Positions 15,542 through 25,832 of a stretch of 64,000 bases of DNA are shown here, one piece after another. The DNA is taken from IMG/VR virus record IMGVR_UViG_3300037312_000542, positions 706 to 64,705 of that record, one strand, 5' to 3'. Numbering within the stretch: position 1 is the stretch's first letter; every line of letters begins with the position of its first letter. A program made the translations under genes and the position numbers. The DNA comes from a virus (taxonomy: Duplodnaviria > Caudoviricetes). Under the pieces are notes generated by a model. It was not told where the DNA came from. It was given only the letters and a program-made list of their open reading frames with translations, and did no database searches.

Positions 15542-18500
15542 CGTTTGCACCCGAGAACAATAATCGTACTGCTGCTGATGCTCATGTTTGTCTGCGCCGC
15601 GTACTTCCCGGTGACTGTGAATGTGTCGGTCCCCCCAGTCGCCGTGAAGCTGAACGAGCACGCGGCCGAGAAAGCAGGCTGGAAAGTCGTACCGCCGAAA
15701 TAGCCTGATGCGTTTACTCCATTCACATCGATGCTGACGGACCAGCTATTTCCGCCTGATGTGCCTTGCTGCCCGGAAAATATGATGGCAAGCGTGATGG
15801 TTTTCCCGGCGAGGCCGGTCGTGTCAACCGAGATGCCGGCGGTGACAGCGGTTACCTCGACCGAACCTCCCGCTCCACCCACGCCGCCGCCGGTGGCAAC
15901 AACGGGAACGATGACGGCGTTATCCGCGATCTTTAGCGAATGGACAGCAAAGTCCTCGATGGCGCCGTTCGCCGCCGTGATGGAATCGGCAGCCATGTGG
16001 ACCGCTTCGATCTGGTCGGCGGCTATATGTACCGCTTTGATCTCGCCGGCAGCGATCATCCGGGCAAGCAACTCGCCATCGCCGACCATATCGCCACGCC
16101 AGACGATCTTCGGCGAACCGTCCACATTAGCAATGGTGAAAACTGGAACTGCCGTACCGCCAGAGTCGGGACTGCTAACCATGAAGGTGCTGGCTAGCAC
16201 TTCAAAAGCACTAGACTGATCGTCGCCAGTCAGACGAATGCGGCCAACGATGCGCCCATTAATGTCAATGGCTAGTGCCCATGACCCGGCAGCGTAATCG
16301 TCCAACGTAGCGAGTGCCGTCGTGTGTTCCGAGACGGTCGTTGTGATTGAACCGCTCGGTCCAATCTTCGCAGTTACTTCGTTGCCGAGTTCTCCCACGG
16401 CCTCGTTAGCATTTGCCGCCACGATCGCCGTTTGGTTGATCTGTCCTTCCGCGCCATTCGCTCCCGCAAATAGTCGATTGATATCCTCGGCCATTGCGGC
16501 GTCGGCGTTGGCTGCCGTCGTCTGGACTTTCTCAATGAACCCCTTGTTCTCCTTGTAAAGCGATGATTGCTGTGACCGAACCTGCGTTTTATCAATGAAG
16601 GTTCGTGAGAGAGCCTGCTGCGCGACAACGGCCGTGCGAGAGACGCGCATATCGATTGCATCAAGGCTCGATTGAAACACTTCCGTCACCTGCTTGCGAA
16701 CGGCTTCGGTGACAGACCTAAACGAAACCGTGTTGGACAGGACCTCAATGGTTGGCGCGCCGATCGAAACTTGCGACCACGGCCCCGGAAACTGCCCAAC
16801 GCCCTGCACCCGCAGCGTCAGCGCGCCCAGCGTGACGAATTTCTCGAACTTGGTATCGACGCCTTGATAGACCTCAATCCACGAATTGCCGCTGTCGTAG
16901 CTGACCTCGGCCCGATAATAGAATGCACCAGCCGTCGGAAACCAACTCGCCGTCAACTGCGGCTCGGCGACGCCTTGGCCGAACCGTGTGTTGAGCCCGA
17001 CGATCAAGGGGATATTCTCGTTCTGGGGAAACTGACCTGCCGGCAAGACTGGCGGATCGCCTAGGTCAGTTGCGTGAACTCGCTCGTCGTCTACGACGAT
17101 CGACAGCGTGAACGTCTCGCCGTTTGGCTGGCCGGTGAGCACCTTCACCAGTTTGGACTGGTTGTCCGCGGTGCCGAGTGCATAGGTTGGGTATTCGCCG
17201 CCGTCGGCGCGCAGTAGCGCGTTGTCGAGCGTGATTCCTTGCTGGCTTTCGACGGTCGCCAGATCACCGCTGTCGAGCACCGCGAAGTTGTCGTTATCGC
17301 CCTTGGCGACGCGGATAGGTCCGAACTCCTTTCCGTTCGGCCGGCGCAAACGGATGTAGTGCTGCTCACCGACTGCCCATTCCGGGGCCGGGTCGAGCGC
17401 CAGCGTGAATCCGTCGCGCTCCGTCACCGCGCCGGCGTAGCCATAATCCTGCGGCAATTCGGATTGGAGCCGCAGCGTCTGCCCCATGGTGATGGCGCGC
17501 CCCTCGTACTCGCAACCGATCGAACCCGCCTCCCGCCGGTAGATCGAACAGAGATAGTAGAACGCGCACTCGCGGTAGGCGTGGTTGCGGTTGACGATGC
17601 CGTTGACGCGTTTGGTCTCCGGACGGGTCGCCGTGAAAACCTCCGTGTTCGGCGGATACTGCACGGTCGCCGGCAGCCAGGTATTCTCGTCGATGTATTC
17701 GATGATGACCGCGTCCGGGTCTTCCTCGCCCAGCATCGTATATTCGAACGAGGTGCTGTCGCGGACGATCTCGCGATCCGTCAGCATCATCGCCGGGACG
17801 GTTTCCCACTGGTCGCGGACCAGCGACAGTGTATCACCCAGCCACATATGCCGGGCGCGCGACGGAATCAGCGCGGTATCGAATGCCTCCGGCACTGCAA
17901 CGGCCGACTTGAACACGTAATCGAAGCTATCGCCGCGCGAGACGCAGCCAGCCGCGTGATTGACGATGGCATTGAAGTCGGTCTTTGAAACCTGCACTTC
18001 CGCGCCGTACTGCGCATTCGTCGCCATATCGAGCAACGCCCATGCCGGGCTCCGGGTCGCCTCCGTGGCGAATGTCGCGTTCTCGGCATCCCATACCGGT
18101 AGTTTCCGGGTCCCGATCACACCGAACTTGTAGGAGCCCTGCGTCGTCTCGGTCGCCTTAATGCGGATCGCGATGGTGGAAACCGAAAAGGTGTTGTCGC
18201 CGCGGAGATAGGCGCGAAGGCCGGCCCAGACGACCTCGGCCGCGCCCTTGTTATCGGCCGGCACGTCGCTCAATCGACGAAACCGCACCTGATAACGGCC
18301 TTCCGGAACGTCAACCAGCAACGTTTCGCGGATGGGCGAGCGCGAGGCATAGGATTTTGTGATCGTCTGTAGAGCCGTCCAGTCGCCGATGGGCGTTCCC
18401 GCGTCGTCAACCTCTTGACGCTCTGCGGCGACGGTTACGCCGAACCCGACAGTCTCGCCGTCATCGTTCGTGGTATAGCAGCCCGCCGGAAAGACATAAT

Positions 18501-19407
18501 CCACGGCCAATCGATAGGCTTCGGTTGCGGGTGCGTTCGCGACATAGGGTCCGATCCAGCCATAATCGTGCGGAAGTTGCTGCCCGTTCACCTCGTCCGA
18601 CTGCGTGACGTTGACCGGGAACAGCGTGACCGGCGCGTTCGGCTCGTAAAACTCAACTTGAGCCGATGAGAACGCAGGCAGTACGCCATCGGTCGGATTC
18701 CAGAACGGCGTATCGCTAATCAACAATTGCTCGTAGTCCATGCTGCCCATCGTCACCGACAGCAGCACGTTCAAATATTGATCGTTGCCCTGAAACTCGC
18801 CCCATGGCGTCGCGGCGAAGTCGGGATAATCCTTGTTCCGGCCGTACCAGACCGGAAGCGGCTGACCGAGCCGCGCGCGATTGCCTTGCGCCGACGCGGC
18901 ATAAATCTGATCGGTCGGCGTGCCGTCGTTCGTCGCGCCCTGCTTCGGCGCGACGAGTGCGTTGACCAGCAGAGCGCCGCCAAGGCCGATAGCTGCCGTG
19001 AGCAAGCTGCCGGCGATGGCGGACCCGCCGAAATAGGAGGCAGCGAGGACAGGCCCCGCCCAAGCCGCGAATGCCGCAACGGCGACCAGTGCGACAAGCC
19101 CGAGGACTTGTTTGCCCTGTTTGCCGCCGCGTGGGACGGAAATGAAACAGACGTTGTCGTTCGCCGCAATGCGGGTCTTGCGCCAGTCTTTGCGAAGAAC
19201 CGCATCGCCATTAACAGTCAGGTACGTTGGCAGGCGCTTCCGGAATTGCCAACCGTAGCGCGGGTCGCGCGTGGCCCAACCGGTACGCCGCAGGAAGGCC
19301 GTGACGGTCTCGCCCTTGCGCGCGCCGGCCTGCGCGACCTCAAGACCCGGCGCAACGACGTGCAGCACCGGGCGGCGCGCGGACGCACTACGCCGTTCGC
19401 GAGGCAT
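15538..19407 (-). CDS. tail tip/host-specificity protein J-like
   Basis: ~1290 aa; GQPLPVWYG, FN3-like and coiled-coil segments; after NlpC/P60 gene. Confidence 0.85.
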   Translation of the reverse strand: MPRERRSASARRPVLHVVAPGLEVAQAGARKGETVTAFLRRTGWATRDPRYGWQFRKRLPTYLTVNGDAVLRKDWRKTRIAANDNVCFISVPRGGKQGKQVLGLVALVAVAAFAAWAGPVLAASYFGGSAIAGSLLTAAIGLGGALLVNALVAPKQGATNDGTPTDQIYAASAQGNRARLGQPLPVWYGRNKDYPDFAATPWGEFQGNDQYLNVLLSVTMGSMDYEQLLISDTPFWNPTDGVLPAFSSAQVEFYEPNAPVTLFPVNVTQSDEVNGQQLPHDYGWIGPYVANAPATEAYRLAVDYVFPAGCYTTNDDGETVGFGVTVAAERQEVDDAGTPIGDWTALQTITKSYASRSPIRETLLVDVPEGRYQVRFRRLSDVPADNKGAAEVVWAGLRAYLRGDNTFSVSTIAIRIKATETTQGSYKFGVIGTRKLPVWDAENATFATEATRSPAWALLDMATNAQYGAEVQVSKTDFNAIVNHAAGCVSRGDSFDYVFKSAVAVPEAFDTALIPSRARHMWLGDTLSLVRDQWETVPAMMLTDREIVRDSTSFEYTMLGEEDPDAVIIEYIDENTWLPATVQYPPNTEVFTATRPETKRVNGIVNRNHAYRECAFYYLCSIYRREAGSIGCEYEGRAITMGQTLRLQSELPQDYGYAGAVTERDGFTLALDPAPEWAVGEQHYIRLRRPNGKEFGPIRVAKGDNDNFAVLDSGDLATVESQQGITLDNALLRADGGEYPTYALGTADNQSKLVKVLTGQPNGETFTLSIVVDDERVHATDLGDPPVLPAGQFPQNENIPLIVGLNTRFGQGVAEPQLTASWFPTAGAFYYRAEVSYDSGNSWIEVYQGVDTKFEKFVTLGALTLRVQGVGQFPGPWSQVSIGAPTIEVLSNTVSFRSVTEAVRKQVTEVFQSSLDAIDMRVSRTAVVAQQALSRTFIDKTQVRSQQSSLYKENKGFIEKVQTTAANADAAMAEDINRLFAGANGAEGQINQTAIVAANANEAVGELGNEVTAKIGPSGSITTTVSEHTTALATLDDYAAGSWALAIDINGRIVGRIRLTGDDQSSAFEVLASTFMVSSPDSGGTAVPVFTIANVDGSPKIVWRGDMVGDGELLARMIAAGEIKAVHIAADQIEAVHMAADSITAANGAIEDFAVHSLKIADNAVIVPVVATGGGVGGAGGSVEVTAVTAGISVDTTGLAGKTITLAIIFSGQQGTSGGNSWSVSIDVNGVNASGYFGGTTFQPAFSAACSFSFTATGGTDTFTVTGKYAAQTNMSISSSTIIVLGCKR

Positions 19408-19440
19408 CTTAGTTGGGAGCTTGGGGAGAGTAGCTGTCAC

Positions 19441-19470
19441 GTTGACAAACTACCACACCAGTAGTAAAAT
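19441..19470 (+). promoter_or_regulatory. motif promoter 3 (antisense to tail genes)
   Basis: GTTGACAAAC...GTAG-TAAAAT, 17-nt spacer. Confidence 0.7.
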
Positions 19471-19478
19471 TGCAAGTC

Positions 19479-19727
19479 TTACGCCAACGGTTCCGACGAC
19501 ACCTGCGGCCGCTCCACCTTCACGACATGAACAGCCTCGCCCTTGAAGATGCGATAGGTGCCGTGATCCTGGATGGCCTCGGCCGCCTGGATGGCCGCTG
19601 CTTTGCAGAAATACGGCCCATCCACCACTGGCGCGCGTGACAGAACTCCAAACACAAAGCCTTGCGGGCTGATCTCCTGATCGCGCGCGACAAAGAACAC
19701 GCCCGGCTCATCAACAACGTCTGCCAT
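19479..19727 (-). CDS. hypothetical protein inserted in tail-tip module
   Basis: 82-aa ORF with GGAG RBS. Confidence 0.55.
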   Translation of the reverse strand: MADVVDEPGVFFVARDQEISPQGFVFGVLSRAPVVDGPYFCKAAAIQAAEAIQDHGTYRIFKGEAVHVVKVERPQVSSEPLA

Positions 19728-19736
19728 TTCAATCTC

Positions 19737-20150
19737 CTACTTCGGCTCGAAAAATCTCAATTGCCGCCAGCCTTGCTGACGAAGCGCAAGTGGCGTTTCA
19801 AAGCAAACACCCGCATGTTCGTCGCAATGGATGATCTTGCCTTCCGGCTTCATCCAGACGCCGATGTGGCCCGGTATCCGCAAATGCGCCATCAGGCACA
19901 GAGCGCCGTCCTGAGCGGTGACGATGCCGCCTGGACCGTTCGACACCTCGGTCCAGTTGGCACGCTCTTGGTGCCCGTCGAAGGCTTCCAGAACCCATCG
20001 CTTGGACAGGTCCGCCGGCACCGAGACGGAGGGCAGGGTGCGGCCGAATAACGTTGCCTGGACGTAGCAAGCGAAGTCCCAGCAGTTGCCGTCGCGCCAT
20101 GACCACGGCTGACCGATCAAAGCGGCGAGCAAGTTGGCGCGGGATGTCAC
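19737..20150 (-). CDS. NlpC/P60 tail-tip assembly protein
   Basis: GQPW...NCWDF catalytic Cys, HIGVW, IHC. Confidence 0.85.
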   Translation of the reverse strand: MTSRANLLAALIGQPWSWRDGNCWDFACYVQATLFGRTLPSVSVPADLSKRWVLEAFDGHQERANWTEVSNGPGGIVTAQDGALCLMAHLRIPGHIGVWMKPEGKIIHCDEHAGVCFETPLALRQQGWRQLRFFEPK

Positions 20151-20509
20151 GATTTCAGCGATGCAATCGAGATCGGGCCGTGACGTCGCGCGTCGTCGAC
20201 GACGACTTTACTCACGGCGTCGCGGATTATCTGATCAACACCAATACTATCAACCGCGAAGGCCGGTTCATCCGTCTTTCCGTTGATGACGCAGCCAAAA
20301 ACATCGGCGCTTCCATGCCGCTGCCGTTCTTTTTCGGCAGCATCTTCCGAAGAAAATATTCCGGCGCAGAAAATACAATCCTCGTAGTCTCTGACGATGA
20401 CCGTATACACCTTTCGAGAGCGAGTGAGCCGCAGCTCCTCCGTGAGTGCCTCGACAGCGGCAATCAAGCGATCCGTCTTAGCTCGCACTTCGTGTTCGTG
20501 AACACCCAT
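20147..20509 (-). CDS. hypothetical protein
   Basis: 120-aa ORF with GGAG RBS inserted in tail module. Confidence 0.55.
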   Translation of the reverse strand: MGVHEHEVRAKTDRLIAAVEALTEELRLTRSRKVYTVIVRDYEDCIFCAGIFSSEDAAEKERQRHGSADVFGCVINGKTDEPAFAVDSIGVDQIIRDAVSKVVVDDARRHGPISIASLKS

Positions 20510-20523
20510 AGTGGTGGCTCCTT

Positions 20524-21054
20524 TTATCCCGGCAACAGGCTTCTAAATTGCGTCGTATTGTAGTTCTGATCTGACCGCGGAAATCGCTTGTTCTGTAAGT
20601 TGCCGACCATGATCGTTCCGGCGAGCGTCGCCGCCTTCACCGTGACTTTCGACAGGATGAATTGTACGGGGCCGTAAGCCGGTTCGGACAGGTCGCTGCC
20701 AAGATACTCGCGATATGTCACCTTGACGTAAGCGCGAACCCCGAGCGCCGCGCGGATCTTCGGCAAGAGTTCGCGCTTGACGTTGTCGATTGACACCTTG
20801 CACTGCGGCGGTTGCCCCTCCCGTTGTTCCGGATATTCCGCCTTGAACGGGCAGGCGACGTGGTTGACCATTGCGCCTTGGTTCACGTCGCTCCCGGCCT
20901 CAATACCTAGTTCAATGTCGTCCGCCACATTGGCGACAACGTAAACCGGTTGATCGAACGACGGATGTTCCAGTTCCAGGGTGCAATAGAGCACTTCATC
21001 TGGCGGGCAACACGCGTTGGCTTCGAGTATCGCTTCGGAATGCGTTGCCATCAA
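20524..21054 (-). CDS. minor tail protein (DUF1833 family)
   Basis: TLELEHP, ACPFKAEYPE, IDNV; position between distal tail and NlpC/P60. Confidence 0.8.
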   Translation of the reverse strand: MMATHSEAILEANACCPPDEVLYCTLELEHPSFDQPVYVVANVADDIELGIEAGSDVNQGAMVNHVACPFKAEYPEQREGQPPQCKVSIDNVKRELLPKIRAALGVRAYVKVTYREYLGSDLSEPAYGPVQFILSKVTVKAATLAGTIMVGNLQNKRFPRSDQNYNTTQFRSLLPG

Positions 21055-21422
21055 ACACCGTACACGCGTAGTTGCATCTGCACGTCGACCAGTTCGTCGG
21101 TCACAGGGTCATATTGAATCGGGCTTGATAGGTTGAACTGGCACACCTTTGTTTCGAACGCAGCCCCGGTCCAAACGCTCATATTGAATCGTCCTGTCCC
21201 GCCGCCGATCGTGGTGCCGTACCAGGTTTTGAACGTCGCGAGTTCTGCCAGCGTCATGCGAATGCGTTGTGTAATCAGTGAGACGTTATCGCCGGGCCGA
21301 CGACGGGATCGGACGTTCCCGCCTTCCATCTCCGTGACGATCGGTCCCGGCCCCCAGCCTTGCAACTGGAATCCGTTGACCAACGGAGCGTCGGTGATCG
21401 CCGGCCAATTAGGAATTGCCAT
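21051..21422 (-). CDS. distal tail protein (gpM-like)
   Basis: Immediately after tape measure; TEMEGGNVRSRRR. Confidence 0.7.
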   Translation of the reverse strand: MAIPNWPAITDAPLVNGFQLQGWGPGPIVTEMEGGNVRSRRRPGDNVSLITQRIRMTLAELATFKTWYGTTIGGGTGRFNMSVWTGAAFETKVCQFNLSSPIQYDPVTDELVDVQMQLRVYGV

Positions 21423-24172
21423 TACGTTCCGAACCCCGCCTGCCGCGCCGCGAACGCCTTGCTGATGTCGCCGTTTTTGCTGGCGTCGTCGAGCATAACG
21501 CCTTTGACCGCGTCGCGAATGAACACGTCGATACTGCCGTCGGCATTCTGTCGCGTACCGCTTTGCTGAACCGGTGTACTGGTCTGGTTGATGATGTTGA
21601 TGGTCGGACCGCCGTTGTCATTACTCGCACCGCGCGGGATAACCCGTTCGCCACGTTGCAAAATTGCAGGCACTTCATCCGGCGCCAGTCCGGCAATACC
21701 GCCGTTATGATAGCGCGGAGCGCCAAGGAACATCGCAGGCATAACCGACCGCATGACGTTGCCGCCGCCTGCGACGCCTCCTGAGTGGTGGATGGCAGCG
21801 AGCCCGCCGACACCCATCGTGGCGCTTGCACCGCCGCCACCGAACAACGTCCCGAGAATGCCGCCGATACCACCGCCGCCGATGCCCCCAATTGCGCCCT
21901 TGAGCGCGTTGAAGATCGGCATGACGATATACATCTTGATCAGCATCTCTTCGAGCGCGCGAATCACCGTCTTGCCCAAGTCTGCGAAGCCCTGCGATGC
22001 AGACTTCGTGCCGTCGAAGATATCAGCAAGACCGGTCGTGATGCTGTTGAATGACGACGTAGCGAATTGGTCGATTTGCTTGTTCACATTCGACGCGTCG
22101 TTCAACGCCTGCTGCAACTGCGGCAAATTGGATCCTGCCACGCTCGCCGCATCCGCCATGTCGCGCGTGTTCTTCTTCAGAACATTCATCGCTGCCGCCA
22201 TTTGATCGGCGTTAGTCGGATCGAGCAGTTTCTTATCGATCCACATTTGCAGCGTATCGGCAGCGGCCTTGTTCGCCGCGTCCAGATTGAACACGCCGAT
22301 GGTGACCTGTTGCTGCACGCGCGACATTTCCGCCTGTGCGCGCACGGCGTTCAAAACGGCATCCTTATATTTGCCCAAGCCGACGCCGGTTTGCAGAAAC
22401 GCGGCTGCCAGTTCCAGTTCCTTGGACTTAACCTGATCCTCGACCGTCGCCATGTCGCCGAGCAGCGAAATCTGTTGCTGCTGGCGCATGATGCGGTTCA
22501 TCTGTTCTTCGCGCGTGACCGGCGAGGCGGGCGGCTTGCTCGCACCGGCCGCGCCAGGTTCGGGAACGAAACCGTTGCGCCAATTCTTCGCCCACTGATC
22601 CAGTCCCTTTTGCAGCGCGGAGTTGTCATTCGCCGGGTTGGGGCCAGCGGCACCGAACCGCGCGGAGAACGAGTCTCCGCTCGCCATATAATTCTTCGTC
22701 GCGGTCGCACCGGCGCTGACCGCCGCGCCCACCGGACCGAGTCCCATGGTCATCACGGCGGTCGCGACCGTCGCGCCGAGACTGAGCAGCGTTTTCAACC
22801 AGTCGGGGACAACGATCTTCGTCAGCGCGTCACCGATGGTGACCGCCGCCGCTTTGAACCCGTTGACGAGTTTGGTGACTGTCGTGTCCCACGCCTTATC
22901 GAATTCGCGAGCCTTCGCGATCATGTTCTCTTCGGCGGCGTCGTTGAATTTGACCGTCCCAGCAGTCGCGTTGTCGATGCCGCGCGACAGGTCGCGCATA
23001 TAACGGACCCATTGCTCATTCGCGGGTAAACCGGCCTCGACCAGCAATTTCTGTGCCTGCTGATCGTCCTTGGTGCGCGCGACAAGGTCCGCGACCTTTT
23101 GCATCGCGTCCTGCAAATCTTTGACCGGACCGATGCCATTCGCGCGGAACAAGCCGACAAGGTCGCCCATGTTGCGTTTCGCGAGATACACCTGATCGCC
23201 GAACGACTTCATGCCCGCGGCGAACTCATCGGTGTTGATGCCGCGACCACCGGCGACTTGTTCGAGTCCATGCAATAGTGATCGCGTGGTGTTGATTGAC
23301 TTCGCCAGGTCGTCCATTGCCTTCGAACTGTCGACGGCGTTCTTAATCAATGCGAGCAGACCGATAGCGATGCCGGCGACACCAACCGTAAGCAGCCGCA
23401 TCGGCGTCAAGACCTTGGCGATACCGGATCCGATTTCCGCGAATAGACCCTTGATGCCCTTTTCCGACGTCGCGGCAATTTGACCGATCTGGCCCGCCTG
23501 TTGCGCGAAGATCATCATGGGCGATTGACCCATGGCGAGACCCTGCGCCACGTCGACCAATTGGAACGACAGATTGCGCGCGTCGAAACTGAGCCCCTGC
23601 ATCGCCTTGCCGGCGCGACCGGCGCCTGCCGCGGTCTGGTCGAAAAAATCGTCCTTGGCAGAAACGCCACGAATCGAATTCACCTGCGACGTGAACGCGA
23701 CCTTCGTGTTCATGAGCGCGTCGGCGTATTCTTTTTGATCGATCGCGCCTTGTCGCAGCGCGCCGCGAAGATCGACCAATTCCTGCCGGTACTGGCGTTG
23801 CGCTGCGAACAGAGGGTTGAAACGGGCGCGGAGCGCATCCATCGCCTGGCCCTGCTGGATCATTTCGGCGATGCCGCTGCCGCCATTGACGCCGGTTGCG
23901 GCATTGATTCGCCGTTGCACGTCACTCAGTTGTCGATATTCGTTCGCAAGTCGAGTCACGGTCGCCGACTGCGCGCCGAGCGCTTGCCCGGTGCGGCCGG
24001 CGCTGGCGGCGAGTCCATCAGACGCAGGCTTGACGCGGTTGACCGCGTCGACCATTCCGTCGACTGCCGTCTGCGCGCCCTTGGCAGCCGGCACCATGCC
24101 CTGCATGGCGCCCTTGGCGCGGGCCAACGGACTGCTGTCGACCGCGAAACCGAGAGTGGCGAGATCAGCCAT
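21422..24172 (-). CDS. tail tape measure protein
   Basis: 916 aa Ala/Gly-rich helical; QLVDVAQGLAMGQ; C-terminal HSGG...YHNGG...DEVPAILQRGE. Confidence 0.92.
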   Translation of the reverse strand: MADLATLGFAVDSSPLARAKGAMQGMVPAAKGAQTAVDGMVDAVNRVKPASDGLAASAGRTGQALGAQSATVTRLANEYRQLSDVQRRINAATGVNGGSGIAEMIQQGQAMDALRARFNPLFAAQRQYRQELVDLRGALRQGAIDQKEYADALMNTKVAFTSQVNSIRGVSAKDDFFDQTAAGAGRAGKAMQGLSFDARNLSFQLVDVAQGLAMGQSPMMIFAQQAGQIGQIAATSEKGIKGLFAEIGSGIAKVLTPMRLLTVGVAGIAIGLLALIKNAVDSSKAMDDLAKSINTTRSLLHGLEQVAGGRGINTDEFAAGMKSFGDQVYLAKRNMGDLVGLFRANGIGPVKDLQDAMQKVADLVARTKDDQQAQKLLVEAGLPANEQWVRYMRDLSRGIDNATAGTVKFNDAAEENMIAKAREFDKAWDTTVTKLVNGFKAAAVTIGDALTKIVVPDWLKTLLSLGATVATAVMTMGLGPVGAAVSAGATATKNYMASGDSFSARFGAAGPNPANDNSALQKGLDQWAKNWRNGFVPEPGAAGASKPPASPVTREEQMNRIMRQQQQISLLGDMATVEDQVKSKELELAAAFLQTGVGLGKYKDAVLNAVRAQAEMSRVQQQVTIGVFNLDAANKAAADTLQMWIDKKLLDPTNADQMAAAMNVLKKNTRDMADAASVAGSNLPQLQQALNDASNVNKQIDQFATSSFNSITTGLADIFDGTKSASQGFADLGKTVIRALEEMLIKMYIVMPIFNALKGAIGGIGGGGIGGILGTLFGGGGASATMGVGGLAAIHHSGGVAGGGNVMRSVMPAMFLGAPRYHNGGIAGLAPDEVPAILQRGERVIPRGASNDNGGPTINIINQTSTPVQQSGTRQNADGSIDVFIRDAVKGVMLDDASKNGDISKAFAARQAGFGT

Positions 24173-24485
24173 TACCGAACAGCCTCTTGACCAGTGAAGG
24201 CGTCACAGGTTCTTCCGGCGGCGGCGGGCCATACACATAGCGTTGATCGAGCGCGCGAAGGGCAGCCAACTCCCAAGGTCGCAACTGAACGCCGGTCAAT
24301 GCACACCATGCTGATATTTCGGTATGATCGATCGGCTGCCACCTGTTGAACCCCTCCCGTCGAGCCGCACTCAATGCCCAAAACCAGTCCCATACGTGTT
24401 GCACGGAACTAGGAAGTTCGGGCGGTTCGGAGCGCGTGACCTGAGCGTCGAGGGCGACGAGTAGTTCGGCGATCAGGTCGCGATA
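24165..24485 (-). CDS. tail assembly chaperone extension (gpT-like, -1 frameshift product)
   Basis: Open frame from slippery site through HVWDWFWAL...EISAW...WE. Confidence 0.65.
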   Translation of the reverse strand, partial: YRDLIAELLVALDAQVTRSEPPELPSSVQHVWDWFWALSAARREGFNRWQPIDHTEISAWCALTGVQLRPWELAALRALDQRYVYGPPPPEEPVTPSLVKRLFGNG

Positions 24486-24862
24486 AAACCCGCCCGGTCA
24501 CCCACGACTGCGTCGATCTGCTCACGAATGAACGGAAAGCGCGTCAGAACGTCGGTCGCCGTCTCCGTCGAAAGTTCGATGGACTGTCCGTTTTCCTCGA
24601 CGCCGGACCACGAAATGATCGATGCGACGAGCACCTTGAGCCCATCGGCTTCCAATTCGGCGGCGGTCAACCGTTTGTTGCGCGACATTTGCAGGCGCGC
24701 ATTGTTGACGGCGCTGCGGGCGCGCTTTTGCCGGGCGCTGTCCGGCCCCGCCACGCGAACGACCATGCCGATCGGTTCGGCGGTCTTGGGATGCAGAATT
24801 TCGACGTCGATGCCGTCGTCTTGAACCTTCGCGAGATTCGCGAAGTCGGAAAGATCGGTCAT
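24473..24862 (-). CDS. tail assembly chaperone (gpG-like)
   Basis: Follows major tail gene; ends with G GGT TTT slippery heptamer. Confidence 0.8.
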   Translation of the reverse strand: MTDLSDFANLAKVQDDGIDVEILHPKTAEPIGMVVRVAGPDSARQKRARSAVNNARLQMSRNKRLTAAELEADGLKVLVASIISWSGVEENGQSIELSTETATDVLTRFPFIREQIDAVVGDRAGFIAT

Positions 24863-24918
24863 GTGGCCCCTTGGGTGGTGAGCGCCCGCCAGCGTCGGGC
24901 TGTAGGTGGTGCGGGTGG

Positions 24919-25419
24919 TTACGGGTTGGCGGCGACGTCCACGATGTTCGAATTGATTTCGATCGTGGCGTTGAGGTTCTTGACGGTGTTTGCGGCACCG
25001 CCGGCGCGCTGCGCACTGGTCACGAGCCCGACGAAATATGCCTTGGACGGCTGCGGCGTCGGGGAGGCGGGGGAGGTCGCGGCGTCGTCACCCTCGATCT
25101 TGAAGGCGTAATTGCTGGAAGTCTTTTCCGCCGCGATCAGCGCGGCTTGTCCGGCATCGTCGGCGATCTCGGCGAATACGTTCTGCATGGAGCCGGCGTT
25201 GCGGGTGCCCTTTTGCTTCACGTCGCGACCGCGGTTGATCAGCGAAGTCGTGATGACCTGCGCAGCGTCGCCGTAAGCGCCCATTTGCGACCAGCCGTCA
25301 ATTTCGACCCAGGTGACCGCTGCGAAATCCGATTCCGTGAAGTCGGCGGTCTGCGTGGCCTTCACACCACCGATATAGATTTTCGAACCAGCGACGGGGT
25401 AAAGGTCAGTTCCGGCCAT
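24919..25419 (-). CDS. major tail (tube) protein
   Basis: GSKIYIGG...WVEIDGW...GTRNAGSM...ATIEINS. Confidence 0.85.
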   Translation of the reverse strand: MAGTDLYPVAGSKIYIGGVKATQTADFTESDFAAVTWVEIDGWSQMGAYGDAAQVITTSLINRGRDVKQKGTRNAGSMQNVFAEIADDAGQAALIAAEKTSSNYAFKIEGDDAATSPASPTPQPSKAYFVGLVTSAQRAGGAANTVKNLNATIEINSNIVDVAANP

Positions 25420-25457
25420 CCGGCCCTCCAAATACGGGGTATAAATTCAACTTTGCT

Positions 25458-25487
25458 ACCTTACTACAGGCAAAGCGGTTTGTCAAC
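25458..25487 (-). promoter_or_regulatory. motif promoter 4 (major tail)
   Basis: GTTGACAAAC...GTAG-TAAGGT. Confidence 0.75.
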
Positions 25488-25490
25488 GTA

Positions 25491-25832
25491 TCAGAATGCC
25501 CCTGGATCGAACCCGTGCGCCTTGCACACCTGCGCGGCGTAGCCACGAAATGCGCGACTATGGCCTTTCCCACATGGTCCGGAATTGTGCTCGTGCAGGT
25601 GGACAAGTTCGTGCGCCATTGTCCGAATCAGCGTGTCCGTGTGCTTCACCGTGGTCGTGGATACACCGATGACGTGGCGGCCGGTGACCGGCTCGCGCAT
25701 GTACCAGCCGAACACGGTCGGGTCGCGGACCACGCGGAATTCGACGTCATCGCCGTCGGGCAGGTTCCATCGATCGAACGGACGCGTTTCGTTCAGGAAG
25801 TTGTAGCAGGCGCGGAGGGTGTCGGGGGTCAC
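25491..25832 (-). CDS. SprT-like zinc metalloprotease
   Basis: HELVH (HExxH) plus GHSRAF third ligand. Confidence 0.7.
   Translation of the reverse strand: MTPDTLRACYNFLNETRPFDRWNLPDGDDVEFRVVRDPTVFGWYMREPVTGRHVIGVSTTTVKHTDTLIRTMAHELVHLHEHNSGPCGKGHSRAFRGYAAQVCKAHGFDPGAF

Noticed and set aside
13866-19407. Diversity-generating retroelement acting on tail fibre or tip
   Set aside because: No reverse transcriptase and no template/variable repeat pair seen
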